A DNA stretch of 57,188 bases, counting the filler, from Sphacelaria rigidula (lineage: Eukaryota), in the NCBI GenBank assembly GCA_964200075.2. It is 5 parts of 5 records of this genome, joined end to end, with 100 filler letters (N's around TTAATTAATTAA, not from the genome) between each part and the next. Parts side by side here need not be neighbours in the genome. Positions count along the whole stretch, not along the records: positions 22,918 to 34,275 come from CAXNAA020005027.1; positions 34,376 to 45,732 come from CAXNAA020005028.1; 3 more parts are not named here. The stretch is one strand, 5' to 3'. Under the pieces are notes generated by a model. The model saw only the letters and a list, made by a program, of their open reading frames with translations. It was not told the origin of the DNA and made no database searches. A program made the translations under genes and the position numbers. This document shows, one piece after another, positions 24,347 to 37,473 of the stretch (positions within the stretch are counted from its first letter, which is position 1; each line of letters opens with the position of its first letter).

Positions 24347-25306
24347 ACTCCGCGGGGGGGTGGGTACTCATTTGTTGCTTGCCTTGGTCGTGTGACCATT
24401 GACCACGTATCCCTTTCGAGACGCAGACGCAGCATGGCGCGCGCGTGGGGGGGGGGGGTAGAGCTACGCGGAAAGGAAATGTAGAGATATATGGACGGAT
24501 GCAGAGTTAAGGATATGAAGATATCCGGCGTTCATATCGTCCCTCGTGTGTGTATACTACCATATATTCCCTTCCGTGCCCTCGTCCCGTCTTTGGCACA
24601 TGTTCACGGCCTTCCTCCTTATCCTGCTGGTACATCCCATGAATCGACCCGGCGCACCCTGCTCATGGCCGTTGGTTCAGGACGTTGAGGTGTTGATTGC
24701 TAAGCATGGGCTCTACAGCATCTGTTTTCGGGAAGCGATATCTGCCGCGAGAGCAATCCATCCACGACTCAGGTGTGCTGACAGCTCTGCCGAAGCACCG
24801 CAGGCGACGAAGTAGCATACGTAGCGACGCCCTCTTTGAGTGAGCCGTTTTTCAATACGTCGAGATTCTTGCAATGCGGCGGTCGCGCGGGTCGTGTGAG
24901 TATTTACGTCCATGAGAAGACAGAGAGAGAGAACTTCGTCCTGGGGAAAGCGTGGTTCCAGATCTTCAGACAAACCGGAGCATTCTGGAGTGGAAGATAC
25001 TGACTTTGGAAGGAATCGGCAATGGACACTTGTTACTAAGGATGTTCATACTACATGCGACGGCTCGAGGTTCAAAGCGTAGTTGCTTCACCGTGGGTGA
25101 AGGACTTCAAATCTTTCCGTTCGTGGCGGTTATGATGCTTTATCTACAACAATCTCTCGAGAACCAAGATTGTGAACACCCGAACATATCCCAGCACATC
25201 GAATTACCCCGGAGATATTTCCCCACCGACTCAAGTGCAATTTTTCGGCTGAAGTTTCGAGCGCCGGAGTTTTTGAGGCAATCGACATTGGGAGTCGTCT
25301 TGTTGC

Positions 25307-25307
<1 letters not shown>

Positions 25308-25351
<44 letters not shown>
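25308..25351. repeat. (GT)n microsatellite
   Basis: Read directly from the sequence. Confidence 0.98.
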
Positions 25352-25355
<4 letters not shown>

Positions 25356-26497
25356 CGTCATCACTCGCGGCACCTGCGTAATCACACACATTTATTTCTT
25401 CGGCGACGTGAAAGTCGAAATATTCCATAAAGAAAAAAGAACTGACTAGGTATCGCCTGTTGTTGTTGGGGAGTGCAGTCCGCTCAAGGCAATCGACGTT
25501 GAAAGTGGTCGTATAACCTGAGTTTCCTTCCAAGCTTCCTGGCCTTTCCAGATGAATATTCACGTGCTCGCTTTTTCCTCTTCCAAGTGTGTGTCTATTC
25601 CTCTTCATCTAGTTCCCTTCCTCATCGTTGGTATTCTTATGATCAGCGGCGTGTTGGAGACCCTATGCGATGCGTGCGCCGTGCTTGTGCGGCAACACGT
25701 GCCCGAGATAGTCCGGCAAGCCATCAATGGCTACGTGCAGGTGAAGACCCCTACAGTAGTGTTTGACTCGTTGGGAACCGGAGCCCACAATTGGCCAAAC
25801 AGCCGGTTGGAAGGTATTCTTCAGTAGATATTGCCAATACCAGGGGAAAACGCCATAGAGCATTATGTGTGCGCAAGCGTGCCAACTGACGCCAACGCAA
25901 TAAGTCTATCCTCACACCCAGACCTCGGTACATCGCATTCCAAGCTAGGGGCGCTTTATGGTATATAGCCATCTGTTGTCAGTACTCGGCGCCGAACTTC
26001 GAACGCCCAATTCCTAGCCAAACCCGTTCAGAGTCAGGCTGCGGGGACATCCCACTAACAAGTGCGGGCGAGCAACACGCATGTGTCCGGGGAAGATTGC
26101 TTGCACACGGCCACTGATGTGGGAGGCGTTGTCGCACGTGATTACATCTCGCACGTGACCCCACGACTGTTCTACAGTAGCGAGCAGCCTTATGCTACAC
26201 GTGCAGAAGCAGTAGCAGCAGCAGCAGTAGCAGTAGGAGCAGAAGTAGTAGGGCACGCTTACGAGCTTTGCTGTGCAGCAGAATACGCATGCAGTACATA
26301 CAGTGGGATGCAGTATAGCTGTACATACTGCATGTGCTATATTCGCCAGTATTTGTCGATGTGGCAAGCGCGTGACGGTACTGACATCGCAGCAGTAGCC
26401 CGAGGCCTACAATTCTATTTCATTGTTTGCAGTTTTCATTGTTCACCGTTGAAACCCCGCTCCCCCCCTGCACCCCCCCTCTTGGCCCTCATTGAGG

Positions 26498-26868
26498 GTT
26501 GGCGTCGGTTGGCGTCGACTCTGTAAAACACGCCACTCACTGCGTAAGCTAGGCAACCAGGTTACTGTTTTTTTTCACTGGCGTTTCTTTTGCGGTAAGC
26601 ATGTGGTGGTCGAGCCAGATCATATTGTGCGGAGTGGAGGACCTGACTTCCGCACAAAGAGGATGATCGTACCACGTAGTGTTTGCACGGTGAGACACCC
26701 CCATGAGGTAGTGTGTAATCCGTGGTTGTCTCTGAAAGTGGCGACACCAGAAAATGAAGCTGCTCATTCGAGGCTGTCATCCATACGCAAGATAATCAGT
26801 ACGCTTCGAGCCGAGCAGTCTTGGCAGGATGCAGGTCACCCCTCATTCGACTCACCGATCACACCACG
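26498..26868 (-). repeat. Inverted copy of the 623-1007 repeat
   Basis: Collinear reverse-complement similarity. Confidence 0.85.
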
Positions 26869-28142
26869 ACACTTCGCTCTTGGTGATTGATTGCGAGCCT
26901 CGTCCGGCGAACACCTGGTGTGCTCCATTCCGGCTTTGTAGAGATGCGAGATCAACGGTCATATGACCACGGATTGCAACATCATGAGTGCATCCTCTTC
27001 CCAGGACGCGTCGGTGGCCTCAGGGGATCATCTCATCTTTACCCTCAATACGTCCCCTGCATTTTTAGCATCGCGGATTGGACCAGCGCTTCTGTAGCAC
27101 CTCAGCTCTTGTCAAATAAAGTCGTGCTGCTCACGTTTTCGTATTTTCAACGACGGGAATCACGTACGTTCAGGCACATGTATCTGCAGGGACTCGAACC
27201 CGCATGTTCCCGACGCTATGGTGTCAGATATGCCGTTTTTCTGCACACGGGAGCGCGGAGGGTTGATATGTGTATCCTTCCTGTCAGTGCCCATGTGCTG
27301 GGAGGGCATCGCATGTTCGGCCAGTACACTGCGCTGTGCTGCCAAGCAGAGGGAGTTGTACTGCACTGTCTACGGAAAAAATCAAGCAGCAACAGAAGCC
27401 CCACATATTTAGACAATCGGTGAATTACGGTACACGGGGCGGGCCATTACAAAATAACATGTCATGAATTGACCCGCTTTCGCATCTAGTTATTTGGACA
27501 TCATTTCCGAAGAGCTAAAGCCTCTGGGATAGAGTAAACCCATGCGTCACCTCTGGCAAAATATCAGGGACACAGGGCACGCTAGCTTTACCGCCACGTG
27601 AGGGCTAAAAATACCGTTGAAAGGACAAAGTACCCGGGCCCAAACACTGATCGCACATCGAAGCATTCAATGGTTAATAACCCTGATAAGCGCCTGTAGC
27701 CATGTACCATGCACGCAGTCAGATTTGTGGATCTCGCCTTCGGACGGCGATACGCGGTAGTAGTTGGATTTTTATTTACTGCAGCACCCACTCAACAGTA
27801 CACAGAACTATGTACAGTTGATGCTGAATTATTCTGCTTGATAAATTCACCTATTGCAATCAGCCTCCGCAAAATCCAGTTACACTAGGGGGGACTTTGC
27901 GTGGAAAATCCTGGAAACGTCCCGTCATCTCACTGTAGGTGTTGAACAACATAGAATGATTCATGAGTGTGTACGTACAGCAGTACACATCGCACGTTTG
28001 TAGACGCAGACGAAATCACGAAGGGCAATATTAAGTTGCCGGATTATCATTGTGCATGCGTGTATGCTGGCGGCGTATTGCTGTCTGCGACGCCTGAACA
28101 GTGACTTCGATTTTTTGCTTGAATCACCACACCCACGCACAG

Positions 28143-31100
28143 AAGAGAAAATCTTCACTAGATACCGCGCACGACCTCTTGAATGTCTACAGCAAGTGAA
28201 CAGCTCACGTTATCCCCGTGGCATCTGTAGTGTTCATACGGCTACAGCTATGGCTAAAATTTCGTGTAACGATTTCTGCCCCCCTCCTGTGCGAACACGG
28301 CACACGCGTAGGAGATTTCTTGGCTGCGGAAGGAACGCGCACGAGACAAGGAGGAAGCAGAAGAACTTCTTCAGGTGCGTGTATGCATGGTTTGGGGGGA
28401 AGGTCGAGTATGGGCGTATCCTGAACAATCCCAGAACTAGTGTGATCATATAAGGAAGACACAGCATGTTCTGTGAGCCCATGTAGTGTAGTCCAAGGCT
28501 ATTCTGTGTGATCTTTTTGCAGGTGCTGTTGCTACTGCGTGTCCGGAAACAAATGCGTCGAAACGCTCGCAGCTAGGTAGCTAACGGCTCAGGGACTAAG
28601 TTTCAAAAACGCCCCCGTGTACCCATGCTTTTTCAGAGAGCCTGCGTCGAACTTTGTTGGGAAGTAGCAGACGTATTCGGCGTCCGCTCCAACTGCTTTC
28701 GAGTCAAACACTCTTCGCTTTCCTTATTGATTCGCCGGTAAATCAGTGTGTGTGTGTGTCTCAAGAGACAATCCTCGTCGAGGCATATATTGCTGTTCGT
28801 GGTAGTGTCCTCGGACATGATACACGTGTTTCCCGTCCACTTTTTCGCCGATGAACAGGCTGCCCAGGCGGTGGAGAGAGAAGCCGTCGCGCATCACCGT
28901 GACCTACAATACGCGCGAAGCGTTCTGTCCGAACTCCAGGCGACGGTGAGACAACAACAAATACCCCTCTTTTTATAAGACACATTCTGGATTCTTTCAC
29001 GGGTAGGACGAATCACCACGGGTTCGAATCACCAAATCTACGACTTCTTCAGCCTGATTGCCCAAAAGGGAAAAAAAAAGTTGACCGCTGGTCCAAGGCG
29101 TATCCACGCAACTTTTGTCCCACTCCACGTGTCTGAGCTGCGTGTACCTGGGTTACAACGCTGAAAGCAAAGCCTAGGGATTGATTCGTACGATTCGAAT
29201 CAATTACACTGAAATCAAGCACTTTTCTGACGAATCACTGATTTGTTCGACCCTTGGATTCTTTTTGGCGCAGGAGGACAAACGTTAGGTAGCAAGTGTT
29301 GCCACATTAATCGTGCGCTCGACCCGATTTGCGCCGTCTGATTTCCTCCGCCTGCAGAAGGACCGCTCGTCCCTACGGGGGAAACTATCTACAATGTTGA
29401 ACGCCGAGAACAAACTGCCGGGCGCGTATCAGTGCCCCCCCGAGCATCCATCGAACCCAGCACTACTTTCACAAACACCGCCACCGCCACCGCCACCAGT
29501 AGCAGCTCCACCACCATCATCGCCACGACGAAAGCCCTGTAAAACCCCCAATATACCCACCCTCAATCCTTCAAGATCCCCGGGAGGTTTAAGAACCGGC
29601 GCTACGAGTACGTCACCTGCCAGTGGTGCAGGCGCCGCTGCCGCGGGAGTCAGGACGGCTTCTCTTTCCGACCAATCTCGATCATCATCAGCAAGGGCCC
29701 GTTCTCACGGCAAGGGGGGGCGTTCTGGCGAAACGACGCCATCACGACAAACCCGTGGGCGCTGTGTGGGATGGGAGTCTACCCTGCTTCATCGATCGCG
29801 CCCGGCCACTGATGGTGTGTTCGACTGGCAGTGTACGGGCGCAGGGCGGGCGCGAGGCGAGGTGGAGGATATCAGTATGCCATTTCCGTCTGCGAGGGAT
29901 GAAGGGGGGTATGAGGTGGAGATGACCGGGGGTGGGGTGGCAGCAACCGCCGAGGGCGAGGAAGCACTGGAGATGAGGCCCGTGATGTCGCTCAAGAAGT
30001 TGAAGGTGGGGTGAGGTAAATTGCGAACCTTCAAGGTATCTCAAATTGCTGCCAACCCCGAGAAATTGACCCATACTACCGCCGGGCTCCGACGGTCAAG
30101 CTGGTACATGAGCACTGGTTGAGGCGTATTTGGTGGGTTCGAACACTGACAGCAGTGAAACCGTTCTTCGTTTTTCCCCTCGTCTTAGAGGGTGAGTGTC
30201 AGAGCTCGCAAAAACTACAAAATCGATGAAGGTCGACCGGTCGCTGGGATGTTGGTCCAATTCTTGATGACTAAGTGCAAACCATGGATGTATCGGGCTA
30301 GAGATGGGTTGATCAGGCAAAAGCTATGGACACGGAGTCCGAGAAGGGGTGGCGGTTTACGGTGCGACAGAACGGAAAGAAAAATGCTCTCAATGTTACG
30401 GGGAGCATCCGCCCCCGGGTGTAGAAAAACTACACCTGATTTTCCCGAGAGCTAGACCCCCCGCTCACCTCGCGGATGTATTAAAATCGACGGACATGAA
30501 CAATATCTCGACGATGCCTCCTGAAAGCTGTGACGAAGGTGTCCGGCGGCGTGACTGACGTCGGTTTAAGGGACAAGGGGGGGGGGTCGAAATGCTCACT
30601 GTCGATTTAAACGATCAACCGGTTCGCAGTACCTCGTACTGTGCAGACTGATGTCAAGGAGACAAATTGCTGCTGTGTTTGATCAAACCCCGCAGCTCCT
30701 CTTGCCGGAGGGGCGAGAGGCGAGGGATGAAGAGCAAATCGGTAGGGTACGATGTGCGCAGCATTGTTTGCCTGATATACCCTCGTGACGAACGGAAATA
30801 GCGACTTAGATAACGACGAGGCCCCTGGAAGATGCATTGCTTGCCGGTAATACCTGTCCTACGTCTCAGCTACACGAGCGATCGTGTCGCTGGATAAACG
30901 CATAGGCATCTCCTCCCGTTCATGTTCGTAGTGAAGAGAACATCGTCGATCAACGATGCATTTCGAGGCCTTGACCTGTTGGCCCCAGTGGTAAGCCTAC
31001 CTTGGCAGAGTCATTGTACCCAGGCTCGTTCACAGTAACTTCATTTAGGCGCCACGGGAGCGCCATAGCAGCACCGTTGCACTGCCGTGAAGATGCCACA

Positions 31101-32050
31101 GCACTGACAGGGCAGCACCATGGGGGCTCTGCACCGCGATAGTTTCATGATACAATAGTCTCATGGAGCTGTCATGGCGCTTTTTTCTCACGTTCATGAG
31201 CTTCACCTTCCATTGTAGTGCCGCAACATACACATGATTCTGCCATGACACGAGGCTGCCTCTGAGGGGGCGTACTCATTGGCGGGGGGGGAAGGGGGGG
31301 TCTTCACCATCATATCATCATGGTGTTGGTACACGGCCCAGATGTACACCCGACCACCGCATGGCATCCAGATAGACGCAACCCAATGCACATAGTCCAG
31401 AATTGTGCCTAGTAAGACCGCTTTGTATGGTAACCAGCCCGTATTCGTACAAATATGAGGATCTCAGTCCGTCTACAGCCGAGTTTTTCCCGTGGATAGA
31501 TTTTTCGGACCTCAGGCCGTTGGGCAATGGTTTTCGCCTAGCTCTGAGGAAACCAGACCAATTCTGCGGTTTCCTGGACGTTGACTTTTGGTTCATCACC
31601 TTTCTGCTCAGATCGGGAGACTCCCGCGTCTGAGCAGAAAGGTGATGAACCAAAAGTCAACGTCCAGAGAATCGGAGAATTGGTCAGGTTTTCTCAGAGC
31701 TAATTTAGGCGAAAAACATTGCCCAACGGCTTGAGTTCCGAAAAATCCATCCACGGGAGAAAATCGGCTGTAGATGGGCTGAAATCCTCATATTTGTACA
31801 AATACGGGTTGGTTGCCATACAAAGAGGTCTAAGCTGCACACATAGTCCAGATGTACGCCCCCACTAACGAATAGTACAGGTTCATGGGCGCGAGTTTGC
31901 GGGTAGAGTTAGCTATAAGCTCTGGGTCAAGGTAATCGCAATGAAGCTTGCAGGCGGTTAGGTCCTTCTCACTAGCATGGGGCCGTACACGCACACAGAC
32001 ACAGACACATGACACAGACACATACACACCCACAGACACACCCACACAGA

Positions 32051-32112
<62 letters not shown>

Positions 32113-33838
32113 TACAGCTCTCATGTGTTTGCGTCATATCCACGGAATTATACATCAGTCACAGGTCGTGCTGCACAAAAGATCGCACTCATAGTTTTTT
32201 CGGTGAACGGATTCAACCATGAGTCTCCACCGGATCTTCCACGATATCAGATGCAACGCCACTTCGATGGACGTTCCACGAAAGGCTCCGTCGTGCTGCA
32301 GTAGTGCTGTCACGGGCTACGATGATGGTCTTATGGGAGAGGTGTGGGAGGATTAAACACTGTGACTCGAGTGCCGTAGTACTGTATGTCCTCGCGATAA
32401 AGGTGTTCATCTCTTTCACTTTTGAAGGACCTGAAAGAGTGTGCAGAAGAAGGGTGTGCTCACGCAGCCCCGTCGAAATATCGTCCCCGCCCTCCAATGG
32501 AGGCGGTCTAAAGAGTCCTATCCTATTCTCTCGTCGTCATTTCATAGTCGTTCTCGTCTGTGTCCTTTTCATCTACGACCTGCAAAATTGCAAAATTCTT
32601 CCTCTGTCGTTCTCCCGCGCTCTCACAAACAAAGGACATGATCGAGTGTGTGTACGCGTCTAAAGAGAAGTTCGACACGCGCTGCGTCGCCCAGCGCTGG
32701 CCCACTCAGACTATGTCAAAATTCTTTGAAGAGTTTCTCGTGCACAAGTATGGATTGAGATCGATGGCTAAGGGACATGAGCAGGCTGCGCGAACAGCGG
32801 TGGAGAAGCTTGAGGGGGAAGACAACTACGTTCGGGTTTTTGGAATGACGTTGAGGAATGAGGTAAGATAAAAGTCAATCAGGGGGATGAATGAGAATAA
32901 GGAGCTCCGACACGCACGCACTCTACAGCATTCTACAAAATATTTGTCGGCAGCGAAGCGAGCGAAAAGGGATGTCTTTTTGATAATAATAATCTTCAAA
33001 GCTGCAAAGTACTGACCATACACTTTCCATTCTCACCAACTCTGCCACAATGCACCCCAATCAACTCATTTACATCCCTCCCCTAACGTCGCCCACCCGG
33101 TCTTGCCCTCGAACGTCATTCGCCCTTTTCATTGTCTGGGTGTATCCCTCGCTCGCGTTCTCTCTCGCGAACACGAAAACATAGATCGACGAGAAATTCC
33201 GCCTGGTGCAGCAACGTCTAGAGCGGGCAATCATTGATGCGGCCTACTACAGGAAACGAACCCGCCAGCAAGGCTACAGCAACAACAACAACAACAACAA
33301 CGTTCACCAGATGAAGCACTCACAACTTCTGGAGCAGCAACAGCAGCAGCAGCAGCAGCAAAAAAAACATCAATATCAACCTAAGCAACAATATCAACAG
33401 CAACCAGCCTGGTGGTCTTCATCTTCATTCTCCTCCCGAACTTCGCCACCAACGAGCCCACCGCCCTCTCTTGTCCTCGCGGCGGGGGAATGGCAGTCTA
33501 TACTCGCCGAATTATTTAACGAGGCGGATGGTCATACCCTTGGAGTCCTCACCAAGGAAAATACAACCGCCGCCACTGTTGATCCTCGCGGAACGCGAGA
33601 GCAGACATCATATCGGGGTGGTGGTAACAGGAGCCGCCACCCCTTCTGGGGAACAGGGGGGGTGGGAGGGGGGGGGTTCGGTTCGGGGGCATTTGGGCCT
33701 GCCAGGCCCCTTCCAGCGTCGGCGACGAGGGATAATAGGGGCGAGGGAATAGGGTGGTGTGGGCGTAGGCTGGGAAAGATGAGGGAGCGAGGAAGGGGAA
33801 GAAGTAAGGACAATGTGCCACTTCATGTGTTCTTGCAG
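28143..33838 (+). CDS. Multi-exon gene (partial), TSNAXIP1-like conserved protein; exons 28143-28195, 28312-28374, 28859-28945, 29358-30005, 32635-32862, 33185-33838
   Basis: All five introns are GT-AG and phase 0; the spliced product has a coiled-coil (LECLQQEISWLRKERARDKEEAEELLQAAQAVERE) and MSLKKLKDMIECVYASKEKFD..TMSKFFEEFLVHKYGLRSMA..EDNYVRVFGMTLRNEIDEKFRLVQQRL, which I recall from uncharacterised TSNAXIP1-related protist proteins (not searched). Confidence 0.8.
28998..29256. mobile_element. hAT-type MITE in an intron
   Basis: TIRs CACGGGTAGGACGAATCA / TGATTTGTTCGACCCTTG; perfect 8-bp TSD GATTCTTT; the right end recurs at 34376-34462. Confidence 0.9.
31416..31830. mobile_element. Foldback MITE, PIF/Harbinger-like, intronic
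   Basis: Whole-length palindrome GACCGCTTTGTATGG...CCATACAAAGAGGTC; TAA on both sides. Confidence 0.92.
31987..32110. repeat. (CA)n microsatellite
   Basis: Read directly from the sequence. Confidence 0.97.
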
Positions 33839-34275
33839 GTGAGTTCAACGAGTTCAACGATAGACGAAGGGGCGGGGACTATATGTCGGGGAATATCCAC
33901 GGAATACAATAACATTTATGGTTTTTCCTTAGGCTCAGCACTGTGTGGTCCCAATGTTTTTTTGCTCAGCCACTTTACTGGATATGCCCGGTCTACTCAT
34001 TAGAAGCCGGATATTGATCAACTGAGTCTGAGATACAAATTGAGAGTACGTTATTTGGCGAGAGGACTCGGGTGTGGTCACCATACTGATTTCTGGAAAA
34101 TGAAACACGGAATGAAATAGTTTGACACCCCCTGATGCAAAGAGTTTGGGCGTCGGGCGAAAATATCGTGTTCTCTTGATGGACTGAATACGCAATGTCA
34201 GGACAGTTCTATTCCTACCCCCCCCCTAGCGCTATGCTAGCCTGGTCCGGCGAGAACCCGGCGTGCTCCGTCCCG

Positions 34276-34375
34276 NNNNNNNNNNNNNNNNNNNNNNNNN
34301 NNNNNNNNNNNNNNNNNNNTTAATTAATTAANNNNNNNNNNNNNNNNNNNNNNNNNNNNNNNNNNNNNNNNNNNN
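34276..34375. other. Artificial contig linker
   Basis: N44-TTAATTAATTAA-N44. Confidence 0.99.
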
Positions 34376-34462
34376 AAAGCCTAGGGATTGATTCGTACGA
34401 GTCGAATCAATTATACTCAAACAAAGTAATTTCCAGACGAATCATTATTCGTCCAACCCTTG
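34376..34462 (+). mobile_element. Right end of the hAT MITE family of 28998-29256
   Basis: AAAGCCTAGGGATTGATTCGTACGA...CCCTTG matches 29169-29256. Confidence 0.85.
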
Positions 34463-37400
34463 CTACACTTACCTCTCGACTCGAAGACACGGTTCGTTCA
34501 CTCAACTCAGCTCCTCGAAGGCTAGCAAAACCTGTCGCTTCAGAACCCGAAATTCCACCGTCTCCAGCCTCTGCACGATCAGTGACCCCGAAAGCTTCAG
34601 TCTTACACTCACTCGAGCCTACATCCGCACTGACCGTTCTTCCAGTCCCCAGGACTGCTACGGTTTATGGCAGCACCCGTTGGTATGTGCGCCGTACCCC
34701 TCGCTGGTCGGGCACTGTCCTGAGCAGTAGTTCTCAAGTCGACGGCGGTCAGTTGCTCCTGTACTCTCTCTTCATGGACCTTGGTGGCAAGTTATTGACA
34801 ATATCCTCGATGATGAACGACGGACCGTGGTGACGACATCTCATGCACCTTGCCCAAATGTCGTGCACGGCCCGGTGGATCACTTTAGAGGTAGTACCCA
34901 CAAGTCTTGGTCAGGCAAGAATAGGGTCATATATGTTTGATCCAGTTCCTTCTTGCTTACGATGGCGACATCGACCCTGCAGTATCCAGCTTCAATGATA
35001 AAGCGAACACTGCGTTCCAGGGTGCATAAGGCAATCTCAACTAGAACAGGTGATCTCAGTCCAACACTTGAGCTAAATCGTCGTATCACCTTATTGCTGT
35101 GAGCACATCTGAAACTCAACTACCTGTCTCGCTAGCAACGATCTTTTCGCTAGATTGAGTGTCTAGCATTTGATGGAGAGTGAGGGCTTCAGTTCATCTT
35201 CACTTGAATGACGAGTGGAAATGACGCCAATTCAACAAACGGACGTTTAGCACCGGAGGTGTCCATGTGTAGAATCGGTGCCGTTTTCACTTGAAAAGTT
35301 ACCGCGTTACCCAGACTGTGAACCCTGGCGGTCATACGGGTAGCATTCCGAAGAGTTAGTCGCTGGGTGTATAATCCGAAGTCAAACAAACACCAACACA
35401 CCCTTCTTCGAAATCGCTGCGGGTCAATACCCTAAACTCGAGTTCAACGGTATTGATCAGAAGAACATTTTTCCATGCCATGTGTGCGACGTAGATTCGG
35501 AACCTACTCGATGTATTATGGTGCATCAACGGGATCAAAGTTCCAATGGTTGATGTCGACATTCTCCTTCTTTTGTTGCCCCTTCAACAAAACGTATAGC
35601 TGACGACTCAAAATTCAAACTTGTTCCGCGACATCACCCGTGTTAACCCTCTGGCCTCCAGGTTGGGTCGTCTATTGAATCGGCATCATTTGCACGTGGC
35701 ATTCAGACATATTCGTGTTCCACCGATTAATGGAACACATGAAAAATACGTCTTCCAATCAAAAGCTCACACTCAATCAGATGCCACAGTACTGGGCGCC
35801 TAAACTGTTCATACTGGTAGGTTCTTCGCGATTTTGTTGAGTTCTCTCGCTTGCCACCGTTCATCACACTGAGGATCTGAAGATACATGTATCCGCTCCA
35901 CACTCCACGATAAAAAATAACCTATACTCAGTATTGAGTGACTTGCAAGCTGATCGGTCATCGGGGGTCCTGCCACGTTTCAGCCCGGATTCTGACTCTT
36001 CGGTACGTTCGGTCAATCGAACCTGTCCCGATCGTATTCGTGAAAGAATGTACAGGATTGTTATTTGAAATTCCACGTGAACCGAATAACTGTGCTTCAC
36101 GGTCAATAACACCCTCCTGATACACGTGGTATCTACTCGTATCGCCCGATAACACCAAATAAGACTAACTTTGGCACTACGGGGGGGGAGACGATTTGTT
36201 TATTTTCCCAAAATCTACCGAGCACTTGCGACTTCTATCGAAGAGTAGTCGCGAGAAAAAGCCCTTCTGAACAATAAATATTTCAGGCGCCCAGTACTGT
36301 AGACACTCAATCTGGCGGGAAAAGTGTTTGGCGTGTTTACTCGTTTGTGCTTGGAGCGAAGAAGGCGTGACCGATCCCGCACAGCCAACCGCTTACAACG
36401 CGGATCATGGTGGGGGAGCGAACAAGGTGGCCGTGTAGAAGTAATGACACATGAAAAACGGGATGACTTGTCGCGTGTCTCCAGGCGTGAAACCATGGAA
36501 GTCGAACTAAAGTCATATTCTGTAGGAAGTACGATCCATTACGCCCAACTCAATCATATCCTTGGTCACTAGTCGTCAGACGCTTTAAAACATCCAACAC
36601 CGCGGGGCTCTCAGGTTGATGTGAGGTTGCGTTAGTTGTGTGTCACACGTTTTCATGCGCCCCTGCGGTTGCTAGGTTTGTTTTGTACCGTTCTTCGAGC
36701 GACTTTATTCTCTATTCCTGCAAATCGATTGAAAGTCAAAGCAACTAGTGGCCTGGCCATCCTCTTCTCTGCTATCTATCGATGCAATCGCGTAGAGTAA
36801 AACATTATGCGTTGTCGGATAGGAGCCTGAGATTTGGGTTCACGCGACAATAGCACCCCCTTCATCACTCATAGATTGGGGCGGGAGGGTTGTACTCACG
36901 TAATGTTCCATCCGTAAGAGGACGATGAAGAAGTCTCGGGACGAGGTATGTGACGAGTAACAATTTGGCAGACCTCATCAAGAAAAGAAAGTCCACGTAG
37001 TATTTTAGGTATAGAGTTCGATCAACACCATGTTGCGGCGTTTTTCGTTTGGAGTGGATGTCCCCGGCCACCCAGCCGACCACCGCTGCCTCCCACCGAA
37101 GGAGTGTGCCAGCTGTTCTGATGATGTCGACATACAGTGGTACATGATTTTGATTATATATATTTTTTATTTCAGGCATGCCGCGCTCTCCCCGAGTTGT
37201 AGTTGCAAGAATAACGCTACCCGTGCAGAATATTTCTGTGAACCCCTACCCATTCTATCCCTGTCCCGATTGGGTTCTCGCGCGTATTCCGCACGCCCAG
37301 TGCCGACTACGTTCTCTCACGATAGGTTCTTCAGTAAGCTGGAGTGGCGGCTACGAGGACGGTGGCTCCAGAGGAATACATCATCAAGCCGCGAAGGACG

Positions 37401-37473
37401 TTGGTGTGAGCAGGCCGCACAGATCCCGCGGGGGAACTTCCACCCAGAACCGTTCACGAAGGGCTATTCGTTG

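Noticed and set aside
25648..25740. Exon-like segment CDACAVLVRQHVPEIVRQAINGYVQ|GT upstream of the TSNAXIP1-like gene
   Set aside because: It ends in phase 0 whereas exon 28143 needs a phase-1 partner; no other support
34480..36050. Possible decayed retroelement on the minus strand
   Set aside because: No diagnostic RT, endonuclease or integrase motif could be read
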